This document shows, one piece after another, positions 26,093-37,134 of a stretch of DNA of 64,000 bases. The notes under the pieces were generated by a model that saw nothing but the letters and a program-made list of their open reading frames with translations, was not told the origin of the DNA and searched no databases. The DNA is from Scyliorhinus canicula (Eukaryota): contig NC_052149.1 in assembly GCF_902713615.1 (NCBI RefSeq), positions 157,976,379 through 158,040,378 on the forward strand, written 5' to 3'. Each line of letters opens with the position of its first letter. Position 1 is the stretch's first letter. Made by a program: the position numbers and the translations under genes.

Positions 26093-27126
26093 TGAGGTGA
26101 CCCCAGCCAGGCGCTGTTTCGCACAAGTCCCCATGAACGGGGATCAAGCAGAATGGCACGTCAGAGGGTGGGGTTGGGGGGGGGGGGGGTTGTATGAGGC
26201 AATCGGAGGCACCAAGCGTTGGTATCTGGGCAGAGTGACAGCCTGACACTGCTGATGCCACTTGGGCATCTTGGCACCGGCAGCATGGCACCCGGACAGT
26301 GCCACCTGGGTGCCACCTTGACACTGCTAGGGTGCAGGATGGCAGTGCCAAGGTGCCGAGGTAGCATTTTACCCGTGTATCAGTGTAACTGAGTGCAACC
26401 TCGGTGGGGCGATACCCACTGAGGCCTGAGTTGCGTTAGATAGCGGGGTTGTTACCGGTGCTTGTAGCACAGGGAATGACCCCTCTAATCCTGCGCAGAA
26501 TGAACTCATTTTTTAGGTTCGATCGCACTCACTGTGTAAATCCCGAATCATGGATGACTCGACGTGTATTCTAAGTACAGTGAAATTTAGTAAGTTGTTT
26601 CCAGGAAATGCACTGGGGAAATTCACCAATTACTCAAGATCCTGAGACAACTTTATTCTGCTATCCTTGCTGACAAAGAAATAGCCCTAGCTCCTCCCCT
26701 TATTTGCAATAAAGATACTAATTTTATGACAAATATTTTGCATGTCTCTGCTTGTGTGTAATACTTCCTTGAATTGATTAACGTATTACCATCATCAAAT
26801 TAAGATGTCTAATAGAGCATTAAATCGAGTTGCAGAAAATGGTGATAATCATAGCCAGGCTTCTTACCTATCCTGGCTAGATGCCTCACCTTTACAACTC
26901 TGATAACCTATGAACAAGACATTTATATTTCCTAGTTTTAAAAACAGATGCACAGCTCATCAGAATTTGTTTTCAAAAGGTTAATTCATTTTGAAGTCAG
27001 ATGATGAAGTAGGAATCCAAATGCCAATCTTGTACTCGGCGCTAGATTTATTTGCATAATGCAACATAACGTATGTATGCTTCGTGCTGAACCAACATCC
27101 AGACTCGCAGAAGTGTTTCTTTGACT

Positions 27127-29100
27127 CATAGAGTCATTGAGGTTTACACCATGAAAACAGGCCCTTTGGCCCAACTTGTCCATGCCACCCAGCTTTTACC
27201 ACTAAGCTAGTCCCGATTGTCCGCATTTGGCCCATATCCCACTATACCCAGCTTTCCCATATAATAATATAATCTTTATTATCGTCGCAAATAGGCTGGC
27301 ATTCACACTGCAATGAAGTTACTGTGAAAATCTCCTAGTCTCAACACTACGGCGCCAGTTCAGGTACATGGAGGGAGAATTCAGAATGTCCAATTCACCT
27401 AACAAGCACGTCTTTCAGGACTTGTGGGAGGAAATTGGAGCACTAGAAGGAACCCCATGCAGAAACGGGGAGAATGTGCAGACACCGCACAGACAGGGAC
27501 CCAAGCGGGAATCGAATCTGGGACCCTGGCTGTGAAGGAACAGTGCTAGCCACTGTGCTACTGTGCCGCTATAACAAATGCCTCTGGCAGCTCATTTCAG
27601 ACACTCACCATCCTCTGTGTGGAAAATATTGCCCTTCTGGACGCCTCTCACCTTAAGCCTATGCCCTCTAGTTATAGACTCCACTACCTTTGGGAAAAGA
27701 TGTTGACTATCTACCTTCTATATGACCCTCATTGTAGTGGGCTGCACAGTAGCATGGTGGTTAGCATTATGGCTTCAAAGCCCAGAGTCCCAGGTTCGAT
27801 TGGGTCGCTGTCTGTGCAGAATGTGCACGTTCTCCCCGTGTCTGCGTGGGTTTCCTCCGGGTGTGCCAGTTTCCTCCCACAAGTCCCGAAAGATGAGCTA
27901 TTGGGTAATTTGGACATTCTGAATCTCCCTCTGTGTACCTGAACAGGTGCCGGATTGTGGTGACTAGGGGATTTTCACAGTAACTTCATTGCAATGTTAA
28001 TGTAAACCTACTTGTGACAATAAAGATTATTATTAATACGTTATAGACCTCTATAAGATCACCGCTAAACTTCCTATCCTCCAGGGAAAAAAGTCCCAGT
28101 CTAACCAGCCTCTCCTTATAACTCAGACCATCAAATCCTGGTAGCATCCTAGTCAATCTTTTCTGCACTCTTTCTAGTTTAATAATATCCTTTCTATAAT
28201 AGAGTGACCAGAACTGTACACAGTATTCCAAGTGTGGCCTTACTAATCTCTTGTACAACTTCAATAAGACGTCCCAACTCCTGTATTCAATGTTCTGACC
28301 AATAAAACCAAACATGCCGGATGCCTTCTTCACCACCCTGTCCACCTGTGACTCCACTTTCAAGGAGCAATGAACCTGTACTTCTAGTTCTCTTTGTTCT
28401 ATAACTCTCCCCAACACCCTACCATTAACTGAGTAGGTTCTGCCCCGATTCAATCTACCAAAATGCATCAACTCACAGTTATCTAAATTAAATTCCATCT
28501 GCCATTCATCGGCCCACTGGCCGAACTGATCAAGATCCCGTTGCAATCCTAAATATCCATCTTCACTGTCTACTATGGTAAGTAATATTGGTAAGTAGTC
28601 TTACAACACCAGTTTAAAGGTGTTGTAAGACTACTTATTGTGCTCACCCCAGTCCAACGCTGGCATCTCCACATCATGGCTACCAATCTTGGTGTCATCT
28701 GCAAACTTACTAACTATGCCTCCTATATTCTCATCTAAATCATTAATATAAATAACAAATAGCAGTGGACCCAGCACTGATCCCTGAGGCAGACCGCTGG
28801 TCACAGGCCTAGAGTTTGAAAAACAACCCTCTACAACCACCCTTTGTCTTTTGTCATCAAGCCACAGGTCAAGCTTTGTCCTTATTCTTTCACCCTTTGT
28901 CCTTTGTCGTCAAGCCAATTTTGTATCCAATTGGCTATCTCATCCTGGACCCCAAGAGATTTAACATTATGCAACACCCTACCATGCGGTACCTTGTCAA
29001 AGGTCTTGCTAAAGTACATGTAGACAACGTCGACTGCCTGTACTCATCCACCTTCTTGGTTACCCCTTCAAAATACTCAAATTCATAGGACATGATTTTC
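27127..29100 (-). mobile_element. Decayed CR1 LINE with nested SINEs (27263-27568 minus, 27738-28035 plus) and a Penelope terminal fragment (~28575-28681)
   Basis: ORFs 27986-28546 (RPHLEYCVQFW) and 28631-28840 ([13 protein letters not shown]). Confidence 0.88.
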
Positions 29101-29154
29101 CATGAGAGAAAACAATGTTCATAAATGATCAGCTCCTCTTAAAAGGGGCACTTC

Positions 29155-31770
29155 GCAGAATCACAGAATAACACAGTGCAGAAGAGGCCCATCGAGTCTG
29201 CACCGATGCATGAAAAACACCTGACCTGCCTACCTAATCCCATTTTTCAGCACTTGGCCCATAACTTTCAAGCTTTGATATGCCAAGTGTTCACCCAGGT
29301 TCTTTCTAAAGGATCTGAGGCAACCGGTCTCTAATACCCTCCCAGGCAATGTACAGCAGACCGGCACCACCCTCTGGTAAAAAGGGTTTTCCTCAAATTG
29401 CCCCTAAATCTCCTGCCCCTCACCTTGAACTTGTGTCCCCTCGTAACTGACCCTTCAACTAAGGGGAACAGCTGATCCCTTTCGACCCTGTCCGTGCCCC
29501 TCATAATCTTGTACACCTTGATCAGGTCACCCCTCAATCTTCTCTGCTCCAGCGAAAACAACCAAGCCTATCCAACTTCTTTTTATAACTTAAATGTCCC
29601 ATCCCAGGCAACATCCTGGTGAATCTCCTCTGCAACCCCTCCAGTGCAATCACATCCTGCCTATAATGTGGCGACCAGAATTGCACACAGTGCTCCAGCT
29701 GTGATCTCATCAATGTTCGCTACAAGTCCAACATGTCCTCCTGTAGCCACCTGGGATGGCCACCTACAACCAGGGACAGAGAAACTCGCAAAGCATAGCG
29801 GGTAAAATGGACAGAGCAAGATTCAGGCAGGCTCAGAGCCTGAAATGTATATTTGCAAGTGAGGAATCCAGACGGTATATAAACTCCAACCAATTAGCAT
29901 TTTGATGGGCCGATTAGCATTTGATGGCCCATCTCCACCAAGACAAAGGACTGGTACTTGAGCGACCGGTACAATTCCAGACATTTCGGCGCCACTCCCT
30001 GTACTAGGGAAGCGTAAAAAACAGGGTCAGTAACCGCTTGGGACACGCCCAGCCATCCAGATACCCGCCCATTTATTGGTTTGAAATAAAACAGAGTGAT
30101 CACGGATCACCCAATTAGTGGGGTCCAAACTGAAGGACCGCCCAAAAGAGCGCGAAAACCCCCAAGCATAAGAAGAGAGTCCGCCATATGTTCGTCCTCT
30201 CTTGGACCTGGCGCCCCGGTCATCTCCAATTGTAGCAACACCAGAAGCAAGTCCAAGTTCATCGCTTGCTACCAGATGGATGAGCCCAGCTGAGCAGCAG
30301 TTACTTCTCCAGACTCTATAGTTCCAGAATCGAACAGCGGCCACTGTTCCTCTGACCTAAGCCAGGTGCCTGAAGTTACGTCCAGGTTGTCTTAGTCGAT
30401 AGGTGTAGTTAACTAGTAGTGTCTATGCTGCATGACTAATTGTGTGTAAATAAAGCACCCTTGAACTAACTAACTGGTGTTTGGCTATTTGTTTGATAGC
30501 CGGTTGAACCTTGTGGTGGTATCATTTGATACCTGGCGACTCTGAGCATTAGAATATCGATATTAAAAGAAAGGAGGGCAACCTCACTGATTGCCACAGT
30601 TAGAGCAGAGCCATAGAAAAGGCACCGTTCCCTGTTTTTGTAATGTCTGCCTTGATTGATAAAGGCAAATGTCCCAAATGCCTATTTGACCACTCTATTA
30701 ACCTGCCCTTCTGCCTTCAGAGATCTATGGACAAACACTCCAAGGTCCCTTTGTTCCTCAGAACATCCCAGAGTCAGTCCTTTCATAGTATACTTCCTTG
30801 TCAAATTACTCCTTCCAAAGTGCATCACCTCACACTTTTCAGTGCTAAATTCCATCTGCCACTTTTCTGCCCATTTGACCAACCCATCTATATTTTCCTG
30901 TAACCCAAGACACTCAACCTTATTGTTTACCACCCGGCCAATCTTTGTGTCATCTGTAAACATAATGCTCCTACCCCCCACATAGTCATGTATGTTGTTT
31001 ATATAAATGACAAAAAATAGGGGACCTAGCATAGATCTCTGTGGTACACCACTGGACACTGACTTCCAGTCATGAAAGCAGTCGTCTGACATCACCCTGT
31101 TTCCTACAGCTAAGCCAATTTTGAGTCCACCCTATCAAGTTACCCTTTATCCCATGTGCATTTGCTTTCTTTATAAGTTTCCCATGTGGGACATTGTCAA
31201 CGGCAGTGCTGAATTCCATGTAAACTCCACTAACTGCACTACCGTCATCTGCACACCTCGTCGCATGCTCAAAACATTCAATCACATTTGTTAGGCATGA
31301 CCTCACTCTGACAAAGCCATGCTGACTATTCCTGACCAAATCTTGCCCCTCCAATTGGAGATAAAATCATTCCTTCAGAATTTTCTCCAATAGTTTCCCT
31401 ACCGCTGACATGAGACTCACTGGTTTGTAGTTCCCTGCATTGTTTTTACAATCTTTCTTAAGTGGTGGGACCATATTAGCTGTTCTCCCGTCCTCTGGCA
31501 GCTCTCCCGTGACCAGACAGAAATTAAAAACTTGGATCTAAGCCACTGCAATCTCCTCCCTTGTCTCCCACAGCTTCCTGGGACACAATTCATTGGACCT
31601 GGAGATATGTCCACTTTTAAGCCCGCCAATACCTCCGATCCCTTGTCACTCCCTATGACAATTTGCTCAAGAACATCACAGTCTCTCTCCCTGAGTATCT
31701 ACTTCCTTATTCCCTTGGGTGAAGACAGATGTGAAGTATTCATTCAACACCCTACCAATGTCCTCTTCAA
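29155..31770 (-). mobile_element. Decayed CR1 LINE interrupted by a solo LTR
   Basis: ORFs 29331-29561, 30682-31095 and 31070-31354 with CR1 RT motifs (QHGF..RSCLTN, SGVPQ, FTDD). Confidence 0.88.
29742..30627 (+). mobile_element. Solo LTR
   Basis: Starts TGTAGCCAC; AATAAA at ~30449; degenerate 4-bp TSD ctcc/ttcc; CR1 sequence resumes after it; 3' part homologous to the LTR at 59407-60360. Confidence 0.78.
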
Positions 31771-33404
31771 TGTTGTTGCAACAAAAACTGTAATGGAAAA
31801 TTATCAAAGCAAAATAATGTTTTGGAGCATGGTGATGCACTCCATCCCCAAGTCTCCTATGTGTACCATGCCTGCCGGCTGGAGGGCGGCCTCCCGAGGT
31901 AGTTGAAAATTGGCCCGCGTTCGCAGCACTTGCCGCTTATGGCAGCTCCACATAATCATCATTGCCAGTCTTGTAGATGGAGGCAAAGACTCCATGAGAG
32001 GCCAGCCTGACAGGGTACAACTCACTTTATTCCACTATCCGCAACAATCACTCCTTTCCACTCCCCGCACAATCTCCTTCCCCGAACTGGTTCAGGTCGG
32101 GGTTTATATCCAGTGGGGAGGTCCTCCAATTGTGAGGAAGCTTCACCCCTTAGTCACCTGAGTAGCTCGTACACTAAGGCACTTGCAGGCTGTGTTTTTC
32201 TGAGCTCCTGCTGCTTCTGGCTGTGACCCTGCTCCTGGACCTGGTGTGTTATTCAATATGCTGGCTTCTTTTTTCAGACTTTGAAGCTTGCACTATGGCA
32301 AGGGACAACGGCACTACGACCAGTTGGATGGAGGGAAAGTTGCTTGCTGGGGGAGAGAGAGGATAGAGCTTGCCTGCCTGCAGTTGCCACACCTGGGACT
32401 CATACTTGCTACTGGCTGACTTTCTGCTTATCAGCTGGGTGTAGAGCATGGGGCAGATTTTGTTTGGCCTGCTGCCAGGCTGAAAGTGGAGGAGAATGGA
32501 CTCACTTTTGCAGTTTTGGACTGGTTGCCGGAACTTAGAGCAGCAGGGTGGTGGCCCAATTAACTATGTGTACTGCTTGTTCTGATATTGGTTTTATGGT
32601 TATTATTGTACTTTTGTTGTGTTTTGTTTTATTTGTGCCTAGCGACTGGTTGCTCGCCAGTTGCAGCCTTCTTGTTTCTGTGCACTGGGGGTTGAGGGGT
32701 CCCTCCTGGTGCTAGTGACAGGGGGAGGGGTTCCCTCTCTCTTTCCTCAACCATGCACTGCCTGCACTTTTCCGGTGGACTGTGCTGCTTTGGGGCACCT
32801 CTCCACCTGATGAGGGGCTGTTGCTGGAGCCGGGGAGGGTGGGAGGGGGAGCGTGTGCTGGTTTAAGTGCTGGCGGCTTTGCCTTGTACTTAATTGTTTG
32901 TTGGGTTTCTTGTGGTTGCTCTGTATGCTGCCTTTTTTTAAAAAAAAGTCTCTCTGTCCTTCTCTCTTCCGCCGTGCTCCCTATTGGTGTGTCTCCTTTT
33001 CTGGCGTTCTGTGCTGCTTGTTTAGGTGCCTTTCCATCAATATGGATTTGCCGTTAGGGCAGGGCATTGATGTGTCATTTCCCAGTGGTCTGTGCTGCTC
33101 ATTTGGATACTTTTCCAACAATGTGGGGCTACCGTTGGGGAGGGATGGCGGTGGGGGGGGGGGGGGATGGGGGTGGGGAGGGATGGGGTGGGGGGGGGAG
33201 GTGGGGGGCGGTTGGGGAGAGGTGGCCGTTTGCTGGCTTTGCAGCTGGTAGTTTGTTTTAAGCAACCGTTTAGGGTTGAATATGCCTCCTCTTGGAAGGG
33301 GCGGGGAGGGGTGTTCTCTCTGTCTCTGTCTATCTCTCACGCCATGTTCTGCACCGGTGTGTCCTTCTCCGGTGGTCTGTGCCGCTTGTTTGTAAATCTG
33401 GCTT

Positions 33405-33560
33405 CTAAAGCAGTCCAAGACAGGCCAGCAGCACGGTTCAATTCCCGTACCAACCTCCCCGAACAGGCGCCGGAATGTGGCGACTAGGGGCTTTTCACAG
33501 TAACTTCATTTGAAGCCTACTCGTGACAATAAGCGATTTACATTTCATTTTTCATTTCAA
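33405..33560 (+). mobile_element. Short tRNA-derived SINE (5'-truncated)
   Basis: ggttcaattccc...gaagcctactcgtgacaataag...(catttt)n. Confidence 0.8.
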
Positions 33561-34390
33561 TAAACGTAAAATATTCGTTGATGGGGAATTGGATGCTATA
33601 CAAGCTCTGTCCTTGTATGGGGTTGTAACTCAATCAACTCAATCAACCCTTTGAGTTGGTGCAGGTCAGGTAAAATTCAATCAAGATTCTGTGGTTACCA
33701 AATCATGAACCCACAACCTTATGTATCAGAGCATATTTTGTTATACTGAGCCCAAAAGATGGCTCCTCCAACAGTACAGAACTCCCTCAGTAATCTATTC
33801 AATGTCAGCCTAGATTGTTGTGCTCATGTTGCAAGAGAGGTTTTTAACTAATTATGTTCTACGTTGCAGGGAATGCATTAACAACAGCACCATGGTAACC
33901 TGGAACTCACTGCTTAAGCTAAGCTTCTCTTTTATTCTTTTGAAGAACTCTCTTAATACTCTCTTGAGCAAACAAAACAAAAGGTCAAATTACCTAATTA
34001 ACAATGCCTTAAAGGCATATTGCAACTAAATCAAAAACGACAAAGGAGACTGGAAAATGAAAATAATGTTCCGACAGCTGATGATGCATTTCAGCCCTTG
34101 TGGGGGCCACCAGTCATGGAAAGCCTCAGGCATAACGGTGGGCACCATTTGCTCCCTCTCCAAGGACACCCAGATGTGCACATAGCCATGGAAGAGGGGC
34201 AGCCAGCCAGATTGAACAATCTGAATGGCTGCCTTTGCCAGGAGTCTCTCTTTATATTGTTTTGTAAACAGTGACCTGTGTGCTCCCTCTCCAAAGACAG
34301 CTCGGTGGATATGTAATTATGGAAGAGAGGCAAGCAATCAGATCGAACAGCCCCCCAACCACCTGCTGCCTGGACCTGTTAATGACTACC

Positions 34391-34787
34391 TGTGGAAGGG
34401 AAGTCAATGAGTTACTAATTTAGAAGCATGCTGGGAATATTGACTACATTTTAACACTGCTTTTAGCCAAATTAAGTAGGTCAGGTAATATAAACTATGT
34501 TGTACTGGCCTTATTATGATAAATTGTTCTTCCGAAGGACAACAAAATGCGTACTCAAATTGTTTTTAAACCAAGGGCAAAAACATTCATATTTCCTCTT
34601 GCATATGTGCCCAAGCTTTATCTCTTCAAAGTTGTTTATTTCACATTATAAATAATATGGTTTTCGACTCATAAGTCAGAGAGTTTTTTGCAGCTGGTGC
34701 AGTTCTCTCTCCACAAATGCATTTGTGTTAATAAATTTCCTTAAATTGAACCTCGAGGAATTTGTCTTTATTATGATTTCCACGACA
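34391..34787 (+). repeat. 5' LTR of ERV-B
   Basis: Differs from the 3' LTR at 10 of 397 positions (manual count), with no indels; TATAAA at ~34647. Confidence 0.95.
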
Positions 34788-34790
34788 AAT

Positions 34791-34807
34791 TGGCGTAGTC
34801 GTTGCAG
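34791..34807 (+). promoter_or_regulatory. Primer-binding site (tRNA-Ser-like)
   Basis: TGGCGTAGTCG is complementary to the 3' end of vertebrate tRNA-Ser (…CGACUACGCCA); diverges after 11 nt. Confidence 0.7.
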
Positions 34808-35749
34808 TTTTCCTAATTTAACGGGAAGTGAACCCCGAAACGAATCTCTAAACAGGACTCTCTCAGCTGAAAGGGAGAGAGCCATAGCGCGACCCCAGCT
34901 GAAAGGGGAATCTGCGGCTCGGCAGCCTTAATTACTGGCCAGTGACTCATGCGAGGAGAGTTATCTTAATTAATAAATTAATGATAATGCATGGGAAGAA
35001 AAAGGTGCCTTAGAGACTATAATTTAAAAAAAACAAGACTTTGAGGTTCGTGAAAGGATAAACACTGGTGTGCGCTCCCTGTAGTATTTGTAAATGATTT
35101 CCGCAGTTGTTGTTATTGTTATGTATATGTTCTAAAGTATTTTGCAGAAGGAACGATGAGCAATAAACTCGACGCCCCCTCACAGGTCATCCCGAAGCCT
35201 CAGTAAAGACATCCGGAGCGAGAAAGAAGGTGAACTCTTTAAAGAGGACAGATAAGGGAGTCAAAATGAGTAAGAAAATGAAAAGAAACAATCGTAAAGC
35301 AACGGAATGAGGTAGGAAAACCTATATGTCCCCCATAGGAATCTAATGAAGCTGACCCCCTCTCGAAAAAAAAACAGGGGAGTAAAAGTAAATAGAAGAT
35401 TAACGTAAAAGCGTAACAGATGATTTCCTGTAGAGAGAGAGAATTCAGATTTCTGTAGCTGTGAGATCAAGCTAACGGTTAACTGTGAGATTTGTGAGCT
35501 GTGAAAATCTGTGTTTTGTTTAACCAATTAATTTTAGTCAAAGCATGAAGTGGGTTGTATTTTTTATCGTCTGTCTTTGTGAGTCAGAGTCAGAGATTAG
35601 AACTTAAGTGATTTTTGTTGAGATTTCTCTGATGAACGGAAACATTGGAAATTAAGATCAGTTTAAAAGAAAGAAAGTGCCTTTACGAATAAAAGTAATT
35701 TAATATGAATAAGTTTTTAGATTACATGAATAGACGTAAATGGCATCAT

Positions 35750-37134
35750 GCCAAGTTCTCCGCCCCTTAGATTCTGCAGGAAACATTAACCATTTCAGCA
35801 GACAGTTGTTCTTTCCTGAATTGACAAAGAAGAAATATACGTCTCTAAAAATAGCTAATTCCGCAAACATCAATCATTGGAAATTTACTTAAATGTGTGC
35901 TATTTATAGCCCCCTCCCAGGGGATGTTTTGCTGCTTCTAAAATACTCTTATGGTGCATCTTGGCCAGCTTTGAAGCTCTGGGATTAGATCCCACGCGGC
36001 ATAAACGGGGACTGGGCTCACAATGATGATCATTTAAATGAAGGAAATGAGTCCCCTGAACACTGGTTAGTAAATAGAGGGAAAGAGGCTATCATGCAAG
36101 GGGCCAAGAAGCATAGTGACATAGGCGAGGTGACGCGGTGTTTGCAGAAAAAGGGTGAGAGGCTGCCTGAATTTGTGGCCAGATTTAAGAACTGTTGGGA
36201 AGAAAATGCCGGTGTTGCATTGGAAGACAATGGACCTTTAGCAGTGCAGACATTGTTGAATTGCATGCTACCAGAGCATGCGCAAAGTCACAAATTGATT
36301 AATCTCACCTGGCAAACACAGCCATGGACGGCAGTGGTTACCTCCTTGGTAAACATGGGCCGGGACATTGTTGAATTGCATGCTACCAGAGCAGCACAGT
36401 AGCATTGTGGATAGCACAATGGCTTCACAGCTCCAGGGTCCCAGGTTCGATTCCGGCTTGGGTCACTGTCTGTGCGGAGTCTGCACATCCTCCCCGTGTG
36501 TGCGTGGGTTTCCTCCGGGTGCTCCGGTTTCCTCCCACAGTCCAAAGATGTGCAGGTTAGGTGGATTGGCCATGATAAATTGCCCTTAGTGTCCACAATT
36601 GCCCTTAGTGTTGGGTTGGGTGGGGTTACTGGGTTATTGGGATAGGGGGAGGTGTTGACCTTGGGTAGTGTGCTCTTTCCAAGAGCTGGCGCAGACTCGA
36701 TGGGCCGAATGGCCTCCTTCTGCACTGTAAATTCTATGATAAGAGCACGCGCAAAGTCACAAATTGATTAATCTCACCTGGCAAACACAGCCATGGACGG
36801 CAGTGGTTACCTCCTTGGTAAACATGGACCGGGAAGGACTGTTTATAGCCCCCAAAGATCAAAAGCCTAGAATCGCAGGGCAATTCTACCAGGGAAAGGG
36901 TGGGCACGGTCGGGGTCAGCAGGCCAGCAGAGGGCAGAGAGGTAGGGGTAGAGGCAGAGGACAGTGGCAAGGGAGGGATAGATCCCAGGATCAATGTAGA
37001 AGATGTGAGGCAAAGGGACATTGGGCTCGTGATTGTAACTTTAACCCCCAGGAAGAGGCGCCCCACTCGGAGACATGCCCCCTCCCCCACCTCCCTTTAC
37101 GTACACTGATCTGAACCCTAATCAAAACCAATAG
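35750..37134 (+). pseudogene. gag: ERV-B gag remnant (capsid and CCHC nucleocapsid) ending at an amber codon in frame with pro
   Basis: QKKGERLPEFVARF (MHR-like); RG-rich tract; CRRCEAKGHWARDC zinc knuckle; TAG at 37132-37134 followed by GGG; stops, a duplication and a SINE insertion. Confidence 0.85.
36389..36741 (+). mobile_element. HE1-like SINE inserted in ERV-B gag
   Basis: Full head to tail; flanked by agagca repeat; very similar to the SINE at 62721-63073. Confidence 0.9.

Noticed and set aside
26860-26920. Possible minus-strand micro-exon (ttcatag...gtgagg/gtaag)
   Set aside because: Splice-like motifs only; no recognisable protein or neighbouring exons.
34808-35750. Accessory ORF upstream of gag (epsilonretrovirus orfC-like)
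   Set aside because: No open sense-strand frame is shared by the two copies; it may be leader plus decayed matrix and cannot be resolved by eye.
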